Shown here: one piece after another, positions 18,158-27,735 of the stretch
Layout: every line of letters starts with the position of its first letter
Position numbering within the stretch: position 1 is the first letter of the stretch
From: Candidatus Latescibacterota bacterium
Lineage (GTDB): Bacteria; Latescibacterota; UBA2968; UBA8231
Assembly: GCA_964291625.2 (NCBI GenBank)
Contig: OZ220089.1
Location: 3,648,001-3,712,000 of the forward strand
Length of the DNA stretch: 64,000 nucleotides
Direction: 5' to 3'
The notes under the pieces: model-generated
Database searches by the model: none
What the model was told of the DNA's origin: nothing
What the model saw: the letters and a program-made list of their open reading frames with translations, nothing else
Program-made: the position numbers and the translations under genes

Positions 18158-18943
18158 TCAGCCGACGACCGGCCAGGCGCCCCGGATGCTGCCCTCGTGC
18201 CGCACCAGGGCCTCGAAGCGGTCCGACTCCGGATCGGGTGTCACCGGCTTCCCTCCGTGGAGGTAGAGCGTGCCCACCTCCCCGGGGGGCAGGGCCTCCA
18301 CCAGTTCCCGGGCCTCTTCGAGGGCCTGGAGCCACTTCCTCTTCAGGGCCCTCACATCCAGGGGTTCCCGCAGGCTGAGACGGTCGACGTCGGCCTGGGA
18401 GCAGGCCGTGTGGCGCCCCGCCTGCTCCAGCAGGAACCCGGGCGTGTATCCCGGGTCCTTTCCGCAGGCCGCCCAGGCGAGGGCGCCGAGGTGCAGGTGG
18501 GTGTCGTGGAGGTGGAGGATGTCGACGTAGTCGCGGACCTCCTGCCGGCCCGCCAGGGCCAGCATCTTGTTCACCGCGGCGTCGGCATGATGCAGGCGGT
18601 ACCCGCACTCGTCGTCGGCCTCCACCGGGAAGAAGCGGAAGGCGCTGTCCTGGGCCCACTCGATCCGCAGTTGCTCTCCATCCCTGGACAGGACCGCCCG
18701 GAAGAAGGCAGGCGCGCGCAGGAGCCAGGTCAGCTCGAAGCCCGCGTCGCCCAGGCTGGAGGCGTCCGTCTCCGCGCACTGGGCGACGCTGTCGGCGAGA
18801 TCGTGAAACAGATCGAGGCCCTGGGAGAAGCGGGGTGTGTCCGGCTCTCGATGGAGGACCGTGGCGCCGGCCAGGTAGCTGTCCGGACTGCGGTTGGCGG
18901 CGATGGTTCGCAGCGCCAGCGCCTGGATCGGGGTCAGGGGCAC
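18158..18943 (-). CDS. AbiEii/AbiGii-like nucleotidyltransferase (putative toxin)
   Basis: YLAGATVLH...RFSQGLDLFH and NKMLALAGRQEVRDYVD motifs; GTG start overlaps the upstream small gene. Confidence 0.75.
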   Translation of the reverse strand: MPLTPIQALALRTIAANRSPDSYLAGATVLHREPDTPRFSQGLDLFHDLADSVAQCAETDASSLGDAGFELTWLLRAPAFFRAVLSRDGEQLRIEWAQDSAFRFFPVEADDECGYRLHHADAAVNKMLALAGRQEVRDYVDILHLHDTHLHLGALAWAACGKDPGYTPGFLLEQAGRHTACSQADVDRLSLREPLDVRALKRKWLQALEEARELVEALPPGEVGTLYLHGGKPVTPDPESDRFEALVRHEGSIRGAWPVVG

Positions 18944-19209
18944 AGTCTGGCCGCGAGCAGGAACCCCCGGCGTCCGCCGTGCTGGCGCAGACCGCGGGCC
19001 ACCTCCGGCACGTCCTCCAGGGTGATCTTCATGTCGCGTGGCATGTACCAGAAGCACTGGGCGTGAAACTCGCGGAAGGCGCGGCGGGCCTCGCGGACCC
19101 GGACCATGTCGAGGGCGTCCTCCCTGGACAGGTGCCGGCGGCTCTTGCGGCCGCCCTTGCGCCCGATCTCCGCCAACCAGGCGCTGACTCTTTCCGGTGG
19201 CTTGTCCAT
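18934..19209 (-). CDS. Small basic protein, putative antitoxin of the AbiEii-like gene
   Basis: 91 aa, contains EIGRKGGRKS and CFWY; overlaps the start of the downstream nucleotidyltransferase. Confidence 0.7.
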   Translation of the reverse strand: MDKPPERVSAWLAEIGRKGGRKSRRHLSREDALDMVRVREARRAFREFHAQCFWYMPRDMKITLEDVPEVARGLRQHGGRRGFLLAARLCP

Positions 19210-19224
19210 TGCCTGTCGTCGAGG

Positions 19225-19253
19225 ATTATCGTAAGCTGCTTACGCTAATGCAA
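19225..19253 (-). promoter_or_regulatory. sigma70-like promoter with palindromic operator for the putative TA pair
   Basis: Minus strand TTGCAT-N17-GATAAT; perfect inverted repeat cgtaagc-t-gcttacg at 19230-19244 fills the spacer. Confidence 0.65.
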
Positions 19254-21350
19254 GCCCTCCACGCCGCCGACCTCCGCCTCCTCCTCAACGGCGAGTGGGA
19301 GTTCGCCGAGGCCCCTGACGGAGATCCCCCGTCCGCCGGCTGGGGGCGGGTCCGGGTGCCCCACCGCTCCCGCGAGTTCGAGGACGATCCCCCCGCCTCG
19401 GGCTGGTACCGCACCCGCCTCGAGGTCCCCGCCGACTGGGAGATCGGGGACCGCCGCCTCGTCCTCGACCCCGGGCGGGTGCGCCACTTCGGCCGCCTCT
19501 ACCTCGACGGGCAGCCCCTGGGCGAGCACCACGGCATGCGCCTGCCCTGGCGCCTCGACCTCACCTCCCTCGCCGCTCCGGGCTCCACCCACGACCTGCT
19601 GCTCTACACCCACAACTGCACCGGCGCCTACGCCCATCCGCGGGAAGCCTCCCTCAGCGAGGACGCACTGAAGGCCCTCGACACCCTGTTCTGGCGCACG
19701 AGCGCCGCCACCGTCGGCCTGGAGTCCGACGTCCGGCTGAGCCTGGAGTCGCGGGTGCGGATCGAGGACGTGCACGTCACCACCTCGGTGCGCGAGGGCT
19801 CGATCAGCGTCGGCCTGACGGTGCACAATGGGGGAGGCGAGCCCTTCGCGGGCGAGGTCCGCCTGCGCGTGCGCCGCGAGGGCGGGACCGTGCTGGAGTT
19901 GCCGGCCGGCGCCGTGGAGGTGCCGCCGGGGGCGGACCGGCGGGTGAGCGCCTCGGCCCGGTGGAAGGACCCCGTGATCTGGGGCCGGCCGCCCTACGGC
20001 GAGCCCGTCCTCTACTTCCTGGAGAGCTCCCTCCACGAGTCCGGATCCTCGGGGCCCGCCGTGCACGCCGAGGCGACCCGCTTCGGTTTCCGCGAGATCT
20101 GGACCGAGGGCGACCGGCTGCTGCTCAACGGCACGCGGCTCATGCCCTGGGGCGACCACACCGTGCCCTACGTGTACGAGCGCCAGTGGCTGACCCGGAA
20201 GTTCGTCGACCTGGCCGACGCCAACGTCAGCATCGTCGAGCACCACCGCTACGATCCGCCCTCCGTGCTCTACGACGTGGCCGACGAGCTGGGCGTTTTC
20301 GTGGTGGGCGCCAACTTCTGCGTCGGCACGGGACAGGTCTTCCCCCCGGAGCTGGAGGCCGGCGAGAAGGCGCTCGTCATGGAGCACCACCTGGCGGTGG
20401 CCGACGACTGGATCCGCCGCGTCCGCAACCATCCCTCGATCCTGTTCTGGGACATCACCGACGCCCGGGACCCGGCCTACTGCGTGCCCCTGCTGCGCAA
20501 GGTGAAGGAGCTGGACCGCAGCCGCATCGCCGAGGTCACCTTCGATCCCTCCACCGCCGACGACGAGCTGATCGAGCTGATCGACTGCTACCGGCTGTTC
20601 AGCAGCCTCCAGAGCATCGAGCAGAGCATCGAGACGATCCGCGGGGAGCTGCCGGTGAAGCCGATCCGCGTCGGCGAGGCCGGCATCTTCGCCACGAGTC
20701 ACTGGGACGAGAAGGAGGAGGAGGCCCCGCCCCTGCAGGAGGGCTGGGCGGACTTCCTGCCCACCATGGGGGAGCGTGACATCCACGGCCTGCAGACCTT
20801 CTTCTTCGCCGACATGGACTACCGCGGCTTCAGCGACTCGGTGCCCGGCATGCTCGCCGCGGATTTCGACTTCGAGGTCAGCTGGCCCTCCCAGTCCGGC
20901 GACGACGCCCGCATCGACCCCTTCTCCGAGGGCACGCCCGAGGCCCGCGGCAAGCGCCGCCTCAGCCTCAACTGGTGCGACCCGGCGGCGCCGGTCTCGC
21001 GCCCCACGGGTACCGCGGCCTGGTCGCGGCGGCTCTTCCGCCGCTTCTCCGGCGGCGACGTGGGACCACTGGCGAGCGAGCGGGTGCCCGAGGTGCTCGT
21101 GCGCGTGACCCGGGGCGGCGAGCCCGTACCCCGGGCCTGCGTCCTCGCGGCTCCGTTGGAGGGGCAGGCGGTCCCGCCCCACGCCGTGCGGGCGGACCTG
21201 CGGGGCACGGCGTGGTTCGTGCTGCCCGAGGCGGGGGCCTACCGCTTCACGTGCGGGGGGTCGGGTGTGGAGGTGGAGACCCGGCGGCAGCCGGTCCGGG
21301 CGCCGGGGGGATACGGCCACGTGCAGGGGGTGGACCTGCGGCTGCCCTGA
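19248..21350 (+). CDS. Glycoside hydrolase family 2-like protein
   Basis: LLLNGEWEF, GWYRTRLEVP, P.LYFLE, RFGFREIWTEGDRLLLNG, YDVADELGVFV, RNHPSILFW. Confidence 0.8.
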   Translation: MQALHAADLRLLLNGEWEFAEAPDGDPPSAGWGRVRVPHRSREFEDDPPASGWYRTRLEVPADWEIGDRRLVLDPGRVRHFGRLYLDGQPLGEHHGMRLPWRLDLTSLAAPGSTHDLLLYTHNCTGAYAHPREASLSEDALKALDTLFWRTSAATVGLESDVRLSLESRVRIEDVHVTTSVREGSISVGLTVHNGGGEPFAGEVRLRVRREGGTVLELPAGAVEVPPGADRRVSASARWKDPVIWGRPPYGEPVLYFLESSLHESGSSGPAVHAEATRFGFREIWTEGDRLLLNGTRLMPWGDHTVPYVYERQWLTRKFVDLADANVSIVEHHRYDPPSVLYDVADELGVFVVGANFCVGTGQVFPPELEAGEKALVMEHHLAVADDWIRRVRNHPSILFWDITDARDPAYCVPLLRKVKELDRSRIAEVTFDPSTADDELIELIDCYRLFSSLQSIEQSIETIRGELPVKPIRVGEAGIFATSHWDEKEEEAPPLQEGWADFLPTMGERDIHGLQTFFFADMDYRGFSDSVPGMLAADFDFEVSWPSQSGDDARIDPFSEGTPEARGKRRLSLNWCDPAAPVSRPTGTAAWSRRLFRRFSGGDVGPLASERVPEVLVRVTRGGEPVPRACVLAAPLEGQAVPPHAVRADLRGTAWFVLPEAGAYRFTCGGSGVEVETRRQPVRAPGGYGHVQGVDLRLP

Positions 21351-21453
21351 GGGCGGCGGCTCTTCGCGACAGCGAGGCGTCCGTGGGCGCCTTGGGCGGG
21401 GCAACCCCGCGTTCGGCAGGATTCCCCGGGCCTTGATCAACCCGGTACGGGCA

Positions 21454-22167
21454 TCACTCTTCCCGGCACATCGGCGCAGGGATCGTGGCGTCGTCTCTCA
21501 TCGGCCAGTCCGGGGACGGGTCCTCCAGCCAGAGCCACGCGTAGTCGACGCCCTCGATGGCTGGATCCAGGGCCCTGGCGCGGCCGAGGGCTTCCAGGGC
21601 CTGGCGAGGGCGTCCGCTGCGGTTGAGCACGCATCCCAGACTGAGGTAACCGGGAGCCCATGCGCTGTCGACGCCAAGGGCCTGGCGGAGCATCGCCTCC
21701 GCCTGTTCCAGGTCTCCTGATTCGATCAGGTGACGGACGAGGGCATACTGGACGAACAAGTAGAGGGATTCGTCGCCGCGGAGTTGGGCAGCCACATCCA
21801 CCGCCTCCTGGATTCTCGACAGATGAAGCAGGAGGAGTGTCTTGCCAGTCAGGGCCGGCGCAGCCCGCGGGGCGATCTCCAGGGCCGCATCGATGGAGGC
21901 GAGGGCGCCGTGAAGGTCGCCCTGGGCCCCCAGGGAATGGCCTCGAAAGAAGTGAGCCTCCGAATCCATCGGACGCAGCTCGACGATTCTACCGTAGTAC
22001 TCGGCCGCTTCCGCGTAGTCACCGGCCTCATAGGCCTCGCCGGCAGGACCCCGGTAGTCGAAGACGGAGGGCACGAGATACAGGGATCCGATGGCAAGGA
22101 GCATGCCGGCGGCATAGATGCAGGATACGGTTGCCGTTGTCGGCAGGCTGCAACGCGGCCAGTTCAT
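21454..22167 (-). CDS. Membrane-anchored tetratricopeptide repeat protein
   Basis: One TM helix then TPR units (AHFFRGHSLGAQGDLHGALASIDAALEIAP; GYLSLGCVLNRSGRPRQALEALGRARALDP); ATGA overlap with the CPBP gene. Confidence 0.75.
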   Translation of the reverse strand: MNWPRCSLPTTATVSCIYAAGMLLAIGSLYLVPSVFDYRGPAGEAYEAGDYAEAAEYYGRIVELRPMDSEAHFFRGHSLGAQGDLHGALASIDAALEIAPRAAPALTGKTLLLLHLSRIQEAVDVAAQLRGDESLYLFVQYALVRHLIESGDLEQAEAMLRQALGVDSAWAPGYLSLGCVLNRSGRPRQALEALGRARALDPAIEGVDYAWLWLEDPSPDWPMRDDATIPAPMCREE

Positions 22168-22997
22168 GCGGGGTACCCGACTTCGGACAGAAGTATCCCA
22201 AGGAGGGTGATCGAGAGATTCCCGATCCCGTGCGCGATGATGGGAAACGCAAGTGCCCGGGTCCTCTCGTAGGAGAGGGCGAAGACCGCTCCGGAGAGAA
22301 AGTGCAGGATGGTGCTGTCCGTCCAGCCATAGCCATGTACGAAGGCGAACAGCGAGGACGACAGAAGCACGCTGGGGGCGCATGACAAGTGCCGCCGCAG
22401 CCAGGAATGGAGGATGCCTCGGAAGAGGAACTCCTCGATGACGGCCGTTACCAGGGCGCCTTGGAGGCAGGAGACGAAGAAGTGGGCCGCCACGGCCTCC
22501 ATGGGGGTATGGTGGAGCACATAGGCGTCCCCGCCGATGAAGGCGAAGTAGATCGCCGCGTTCATGGCCGTGAGGGCCACTCCGCAGAGGGCGGCGGGAA
22601 AGAGGTAGTGCAGCCAGCGGCCGGGTACCAGGCCGGTGACCTTCTCGACATTGCACTTGTACCACACCGCGCAGAACAGGCCGATCTCGACCATCGTGGC
22701 GATGCTCCCCATGGCCGTCCAGGCTCTCTCGACCACCAGGAATTCTGTTGCGCGATTGTGACAGGCCGCATCCAGGGCCCGAAGAGCCTTCTCGAGTCCG
22801 TACCTCTGCAGCAGCCAGAGGAGGATGCAGAGAACCGGGAAGCCGATCCCCCAGGGTACGTTCTCTCCCAGCTTCGAGCCCGCGCCGGGATCCTCGCGCC
22901 TTCCCCCGACGGCCGGGAGGGGTTGTCCCGCGGCCCCCTCCCGTCGGCGCCGCCTTCTCGGCCGTTCTCCGGCTGCGTCAGCTGATCGCCTGGGCAT
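22164..22997 (-). CDS. CPBP (CAAX/Abi) intramembrane glutamic protease
   Basis: EEFLFRG, FAFVH and AHGIGN motifs; multiple TM helices. Start uncertain. Confidence 0.85.
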   Translation of the reverse strand: MPRRSADAAGERPRRRRRREGAAGQPLPAVGGRREDPGAGSKLGENVPWGIGFPVLCILLWLLQRYGLEKALRALDAACHNRATEFLVVERAWTAMGSIATMVEIGLFCAVWYKCNVEKVTGLVPGRWLHYLFPAALCGVALTAMNAAIYFAFIGGDAYVLHHTPMEAVAAHFFVSCLQGALVTAVIEEFLFRGILHSWLRRHLSCAPSVLLSSSLFAFVHGYGWTDSTILHFLSGAVFALSYERTRALAFPIIAHGIGNLSITLLGILLSEVGYPA

Positions 22998-23040
22998 GGT
23001 GGTTACAGGATGGCTGGAGCCGCCACTGCGTCCGCCGCGC

Positions 23041-24405
23041 TCAAGCGCTCCGCACCGCAAACAGATCGGCGTCCTGCAGCACCACCCGCAGGCGCACCGG
23101 ACGGCCCCTCAGGCCGGAGACGTCTCCCCCCGCCTTCCAGCCCACCGGGGCGTCGAGCTGGTCGCCGAATACCGGGTCCATCTCCTCCAGGCCGAATCCC
23201 GGCAGGGGCTGCCCCGACTCGTCCTGGATCTCCACCCGCAGAGATCCGGCCGCCGAGGTGGCGTAGTTCAGGCGCAGGGCGTCGCCTTCGAGCAGCAGGG
23301 GCCGCGTCACCAGTTCGCCCCCACCGTACCCGGCCCGCACCGAGGCGAAGCCGTGGGGCCGCACGACCACGCGGCGCAGGCGGTTCGTCGACCACCCGTA
23401 GTGCTCCGAGATGTAGATCGACCACTCGTCGTCGGCCGTCGGCACCAGGCCGGGGGCGGGGGTGCAGCTGCGGTGGGACCAGTTGCGCTGGTCGGTGCCC
23501 GGGCGCAGCCACGCCTCCAGGAAGGTGCGGTCCCAGTGGACGCCGTCGCGGCTGCTCATGAAGACGGCGTCGGAGAGGCCGTTGCCCGGGTAGGGCATGC
23601 CCGCCGTGTCCAGCTCGCGCTCGGGCAGGAAGCGCATGGGGAAGGAGAGGAGGATGTGCTCGGCGCCGGGACAGGGGGTGGTGGCGTTGGTGTAGAAGTG
23701 CTCCCGGGGCACGCCGTCGCCATACTGGTGGGGCTCCGGATCGGTCCAGTGGACGAAGTCCTCGGAGGTGCAGCTCTGGATCGCCCGCACCCGGCCGCCG
23801 TTGGTCGCGGAGTAGCGGCTGAAGAGGCGGTAGCGCCCGACGTGGGGATCCCACAGGGGGACGTTGAGGGAGTCGAAGGCGCCCGTGACCTCCAGGGGGC
23901 CCTCCTTCACCGGGGTCCAGCGCAGGCCGTCGGGGGAGGCGAAGCCGTGCAGGTTCGACCGTCCCGTGCCGCCCACCGCCTTGAAGCGCTGCTCCGGGTC
24001 GGCGGCCGGGTTGGCGTCGAGGAAGACGCAGAAGTTGTGGCTCTCGTGGCCCTGGATGAGGACGTTGTTCCGGCGCGTGCCCTCGAACTCCACCAGCCCC
24101 AGCTCCGGGTGATCGAAGCGGATCCCGTCGCGGCTGACCGCCAGGTTGGTGGTCTGGCTTGCGGCGCCGTCGGCGTAGTCCTGGCCGATGGGGTAGAATC
24201 CCCGGTAGTAAAGCAGGACCCGGTCCCCGTCCTGCACCAGGTTGTAGCAGGCGGTGCAGGCGCTCTCCCAGGGCTGGGAGACCTGGAAGACCACCTCCTT
24301 GCGGACCGGCGGGTGCAGGTGCAGGGCGGCCCCCTCGAGGCGGTCCACGAGAAAGCGGTCGACGAACAGCTCCCGGCGGGAGCCAAGGGCAACGGGCGCG
24401 GTCAT
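23041..24405 (-). CDS. Five-bladed beta-propeller glycosidase-like hypothetical protein
   Basis: RELFVD N-terminus; repeated S.DG..W/F motifs; GAFDSLN; C-terminal beta-sandwich G.PVRLR..L.DADLFA. Confidence 0.75.
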   Translation of the reverse strand: MTAPVALGSRRELFVDRFLVDRLEGAALHLHPPVRKEVVFQVSQPWESACTACYNLVQDGDRVLLYYRGFYPIGQDYADGAASQTTNLAVSRDGIRFDHPELGLVEFEGTRRNNVLIQGHESHNFCVFLDANPAADPEQRFKAVGGTGRSNLHGFASPDGLRWTPVKEGPLEVTGAFDSLNVPLWDPHVGRYRLFSRYSATNGGRVRAIQSCTSEDFVHWTDPEPHQYGDGVPREHFYTNATTPCPGAEHILLSFPMRFLPERELDTAGMPYPGNGLSDAVFMSSRDGVHWDRTFLEAWLRPGTDQRNWSHRSCTPAPGLVPTADDEWSIYISEHYGWSTNRLRRVVVRPHGFASVRAGYGGGELVTRPLLLEGDALRLNYATSAAGSLRVEIQDESGQPLPGFGLEEMDPVFGDQLDAPVGWKAGGDVSGLRGRPVRLRVVLQDADLFAVRSA

Positions 24406-24451
24406 GGCATACCTTTCGGCGAAGTCAACCCCGCAACGAAAGGACGGAGCC

Positions 24452-24640
24452 ATGCCCTTCATCAACGTCAAGATGATCGAAGGCCGCACCACCGAGCAGA
24501 AGCGCCAGCTGGCCAAGGCCCTCACCGAGGCGATCGTGGAGATCTGCGGCGCCAAGCCCGAGGGCACCACCGTGGTCATCGAGGACCACGCCAAGGAGGA
24601 CTGGGCCACCGGCGGGGTGCTGCTGGCCGACCGGGGGTAG
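24452..24640 (+). CDS. 4-oxalocrotonate tautomerase family protein
   Basis: Starts MPFINVKMIEGRTTEQKRQL (catalytic Pro1); ends WATGGVLLAD; 62 aa. Confidence 0.9.
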   Translation: MPFINVKMIEGRTTEQKRQLAKALTEAIVEICGAKPEGTTVVIEDHAKEDWATGGVLLADRG

Positions 24641-24659
24641 TTGCCAGATTGACAGACCG

Positions 24660-24706
24660 GACTACCTTGTCGTCATTTTACCGCGAAAAATGACGGCGAG
24701 GTAGTC
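24660..24706 (+). promoter_or_regulatory. 20-bp-arm inverted repeat immediately before the AAA ATPase start
   Basis: gactaccttgtcgtcatttt-accgcga-aaaatgacggcgaggtagtc, 1 nt before ATG 24708. Confidence 0.75.
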
Positions 24707-24707
24707 A

Positions 24708-25862
24708 ATGTCCCTTCCCCGCATCCTCCGGGCACCCCGTCAGAGCTTCTTCCTGATGGGGCCCCGCGGCGTCGGCAAGAGCACCTGGCTGCGCATGGCC
24801 TTCCCCGACGCCCACGTGATCGACCTGCTCTCCGAAGCGACCTACCAGCGCCTGCTGGCCGATCCCGGTCTCTTCGCCGCCGAGCTGAGGGCTGTCGACG
24901 GGGACCGCTGGGTGGTCTTGGACGAGATGCAGCGGCTGCCCGGGCTGCTCAACGAGGTCCATCGCTTCATCGAGGAGCGCGGGCAGCGCTTCGTGCTGTG
25001 CGGGTCGAGCGCCCGAAAGCTCAGGCAGGCGGGAGTCAACCTGCTCGCCGGGCGCGCCCTGTACCGGGCCATGCACCCCTTCATCCCCGCCGAGCTGGGC
25101 GCCTCCTTCGATCTCGAGGAGGCCATGCGCCACGGCCTGCTGCCCATCGTCTGGGCGTCCGAGGCCCGGGACGAGACCCTGGAAGCGTATGCCCGGATGT
25201 ACCTGCGCGAAGAGATCCAGGCCGAGGGCCTGGTGCGCAACCTGCCCGGCTTTGCCCGCTTCCTGCCCATTGCCGCCCTCTTCCACGGCCAGACGGTCAA
25301 CGCCACCAACATCGCCCGCGAGGCCGGCGTCGCCCGCACCACCGTGACGGGCTACCTGGAGATCCTGGAGCAGACCCTCCTCTGCTTCCGGCTCCCGGGC
25401 TACGAGGCGAAGGTGCGCGTGCGCGAGCGCTCCCTTCCCAAGTGGTACTGGTGCGACCCCGGGATCGTGCGGGCCCTCAAGGGAGTCGCCGCCGGCCCCC
25501 CCGCCCCGGAAGAGCGCGGGCCTCTCTTCGAAGGGCTGGTGGCCCAGTTCATCCGCGCCTGCAAGGACTATCTCGGGGTATGCGATGGGTGGTACTACTG
25601 GGCCAGTGCCGCGTCGAACGGGATGGAGGTGGACTTCCTGCTCGAGCGCCGGGGCGAGTTCATCGCCGTGGAGACGAAGGCCGGGAGGAGCTTCTCGGAG
25701 AGCTGGTGCAGGGGCCTGCGCGCCCTCGGCGGCCTGAAGGGGCTGCGCCGGCGCCTCGTGGTCTACCCCGAGGGACCGTCCCTGCAGACCGCCGACGGCA
25801 TTGAGGTAGTGCCTCTTGCCCGCTTCAGCGAGCTGCTGCATGGGGGGGCCCTGTGGCCGTGA
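24708..25862 (+). CDS. AAA_14 ATPase with DUF4143 and C-terminal PD-(D/E)XK-like domain
   Basis: GPRGVGKST, VLDEMQR, CGSSA, LAGRA, KWYWCDPG, EVDFLL...AVETK. Confidence 0.9.
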   Translation: MSLPRILRAPRQSFFLMGPRGVGKSTWLRMAFPDAHVIDLLSEATYQRLLADPGLFAAELRAVDGDRWVVLDEMQRLPGLLNEVHRFIEERGQRFVLCGSSARKLRQAGVNLLAGRALYRAMHPFIPAELGASFDLEEAMRHGLLPIVWASEARDETLEAYARMYLREEIQAEGLVRNLPGFARFLPIAALFHGQTVNATNIAREAGVARTTVTGYLEILEQTLLCFRLPGYEAKVRVRERSLPKWYWCDPGIVRALKGVAAGPPAPEERGPLFEGLVAQFIRACKDYLGVCDGWYYWASAASNGMEVDFLLERRGEFIAVETKAGRSFSESWCRGLRALGGLKGLRRRLVVYPEGPSLQTADGIEVVPLARFSELLHGGALWP

Positions 25863-25875
25863 GGGGCGCGCCGGC

Positions 25876-27012
25876 TTAGTGCAGCAGGCGGTAGCGCACG
25901 TCCCGGAAGGCCGTGCTGCACTCCCACACCATCAGACCGAAGGCGCCCATGCGGAAGGTCTCGTCGGTGAGCTGGTTGACCAGCTTGCCGTCGACGTACG
26001 AGGTGAGCGAGGCGCCCCGGGCGGCGACCTGGACCTCGTACTCCTGGCCCCTGTGGAGGGCGTGGTTGACCACGCTCAGCTTGGTTAGCCGGCCCTCGAT
26101 CACCCGGTAGATGCCGACCGCCTGCCACCCAAGGAGGAAGTCGAACAGGTAGTAGCTGCGGTCGTCCGCGGAGATGCGGAAGGCCACCTGGGCGTTTCCT
26201 CCCGAGATCGGCGCCAGCAGGAAGGAGAGCTCGTAGTCGGTCCAGGTCGGCTCGCCGGCGATCAGCGAAGGCGGGTCCTCGCCGGACTCTCCGCTGCCGA
26301 CGATGGCGTTGCCCTCCATCCTCCAGGTCTTCTGCAGGGCCTCTCGGTCCGACCACGCGGGCGGGCGCCAGGAGGTGAGCTCCTCGTCGGCCGGAACCAC
26401 CTGCCAGTTGATGAGGCCCCGCATGCCTCCGATGACGTCGCGTGGAGAGCTCTCGGGGGCATCGGTGTGTTCGTGGGATTCCTGTGACATGTGGCGGATC
26501 CTTTCTCGCATCCGTCTGCGCGATCTGTGAAGTCGGCTCTTGGCGGTGCCGACCGGTATGTCCAGCCGCTCCGCGACCCGTTTGAGCTCCATGCCGCTCA
26601 GGTAGAACAGGGTGACCACGGCTCTGTCCGGCGGCGCCAGGGTGTTGACCAGGGCCTTGAGGTCCCGGTACCCGAGGAGCGATCCCAGCTCCGGATCGGC
26701 CACGCCGCGGCCCAGCTCGTGCGCGGGCAGGCGTTGTTGCTCGAGCCGCCGGTGGCGCAGCATCTTCCGGGCGGCGTTGCGGGCGATGGCGTGGAGCCAG
26801 GCCGGCAGCCGGTCCGGGTCCTTCAGCTCGTCGAGGCGCCGGCAGGCCCTGATGAACGCCTCCTGGGCGGCGTCCTCGACATCGTCGGGATCGTCCAGAA
26901 GGGGCGCGACGGTCCTGACGACGGCCGCCCAGTGCCTGTCCACCAGCCGGCGGAAGGCGTCTTGGCACCCCTGCCTGCACCCCGCGACGAGTTGCTGGTC
27001 CGAGATCACCAT
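25876..27012 (-). CDS. ECF sigma-70 factor fused to a C-terminal DUF1080/LamG-like domain
   Basis: DAAQEAFIRA, AWLHAIARN, GTAKSRLHRSR; C-terminal WRMEGNAIVG...WTDYELSF...YVDGKLV...GAFGL...TAFRDVRYR. Confidence 0.85.
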   Translation of the reverse strand: MVISDQQLVAGCRQGCQDAFRRLVDRHWAAVVRTVAPLLDDPDDVEDAAQEAFIRACRRLDELKDPDRLPAWLHAIARNAARKMLRHRRLEQQRLPAHELGRGVADPELGSLLGYRDLKALVNTLAPPDRAVVTLFYLSGMELKRVAERLDIPVGTAKSRLHRSRRRMRERIRHMSQESHEHTDAPESSPRDVIGGMRGLINWQVVPADEELTSWRPPAWSDREALQKTWRMEGNAIVGSGESGEDPPSLIAGEPTWTDYELSFLLAPISGGNAQVAFRISADDRSYYLFDFLLGWQAVGIYRVIEGRLTKLSVVNHALHRGQEYEVQVAARGASLTSYVDGKLVNQLTDETFRMGAFGLMVWECSTAFRDVRYRLLH

Positions 27013-27074
27013 TGCCTCACACCCTGTAGATCCGGGAATCCGGCGCAGGTTCACGAAGAGAGGAAGGAAACAGC

Positions 27075-27725
27075 ATGCCGGTCTTTCGCGCGGGACCCGG
27101 CCAGGCGCCCGCTTGGTGCGAGATGCGCCAGTTCGACATCGTCCGCCTGCCCGCCGGCGCCGCCCGCTACGACTTCAGCCGCGCCGGCCCCAGGGAGAAA
27201 CTGATCGTCGGGGAGGGAGCCTGCACGGTGGCCGGGGGCGGCCGCGAGCAGGCCGCCGCCGCGGGGGCCAACATCGATCTGCCGGCGGGGGGAGAGGAAG
27301 CCGGGTTCAGCATCCTCGACGCAGCCGAGGACACCACCTTGATCCGCATGGCCGGGGACTGGGGAGACGAGGTCGGCGGCTCCGGGCTGTTCTCAGTGGA
27401 GGAGGTGGTCGACGGTGACCGCGCCGACCGGGGCGACCCCGTGCCCTACGAGAAGCGGACCCGCTTCGACTGCCACTTCCACGACTGCGACGAGTACTGG
27501 ATCCTCTTCGCCGGCCAGGGCGTCGCCGTCTCGGAGGGCAAGCGCTACGAGGTCGCCTCAGGCGACTGCGTGGCCACCGGCATGGGGCACCACCACGACT
27601 TCCCGGTGGTGCACGAACCGGTGCGGGCCGTCTATTTCGAGACCACCATGGAGGGGGAGAAGCGGCGGGGGCACCTGTGGGACCACACGCATGGGAGGGC
27701 GGAGCCGAGGGGGGAGCGGGTGTGA
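27075..27725 (+). CDS. Cupin domain protein
   Basis: HFHDCDEYW and GDCVATGMGHHHD cupin motifs; RBS ggaagg. Confidence 0.8.
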   Translation: MPVFRAGPGQAPAWCEMRQFDIVRLPAGAARYDFSRAGPREKLIVGEGACTVAGGGREQAAAAGANIDLPAGGEEAGFSILDAAEDTTLIRMAGDWGDEVGGSGLFSVEEVVDGDRADRGDPVPYEKRTRFDCHFHDCDEYWILFAGQGVAVSEGKRYEVASGDCVATGMGHHHDFPVVHEPVRAVYFETTMEGEKRRGHLWDHTHGRAEPRGERV

Positions 27726-27735
27726 AGAGGGGAGG

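Noticed and set aside
19245-21440. Long antisense or alternate-frame ORFs (e.g. 19245-21440, 55737-58004, 60663-63356, 60179-62053)
   Set aside because: Shadow ORFs of high-GC coding regions; Arg/Pro/Gly-rich with no motifs.
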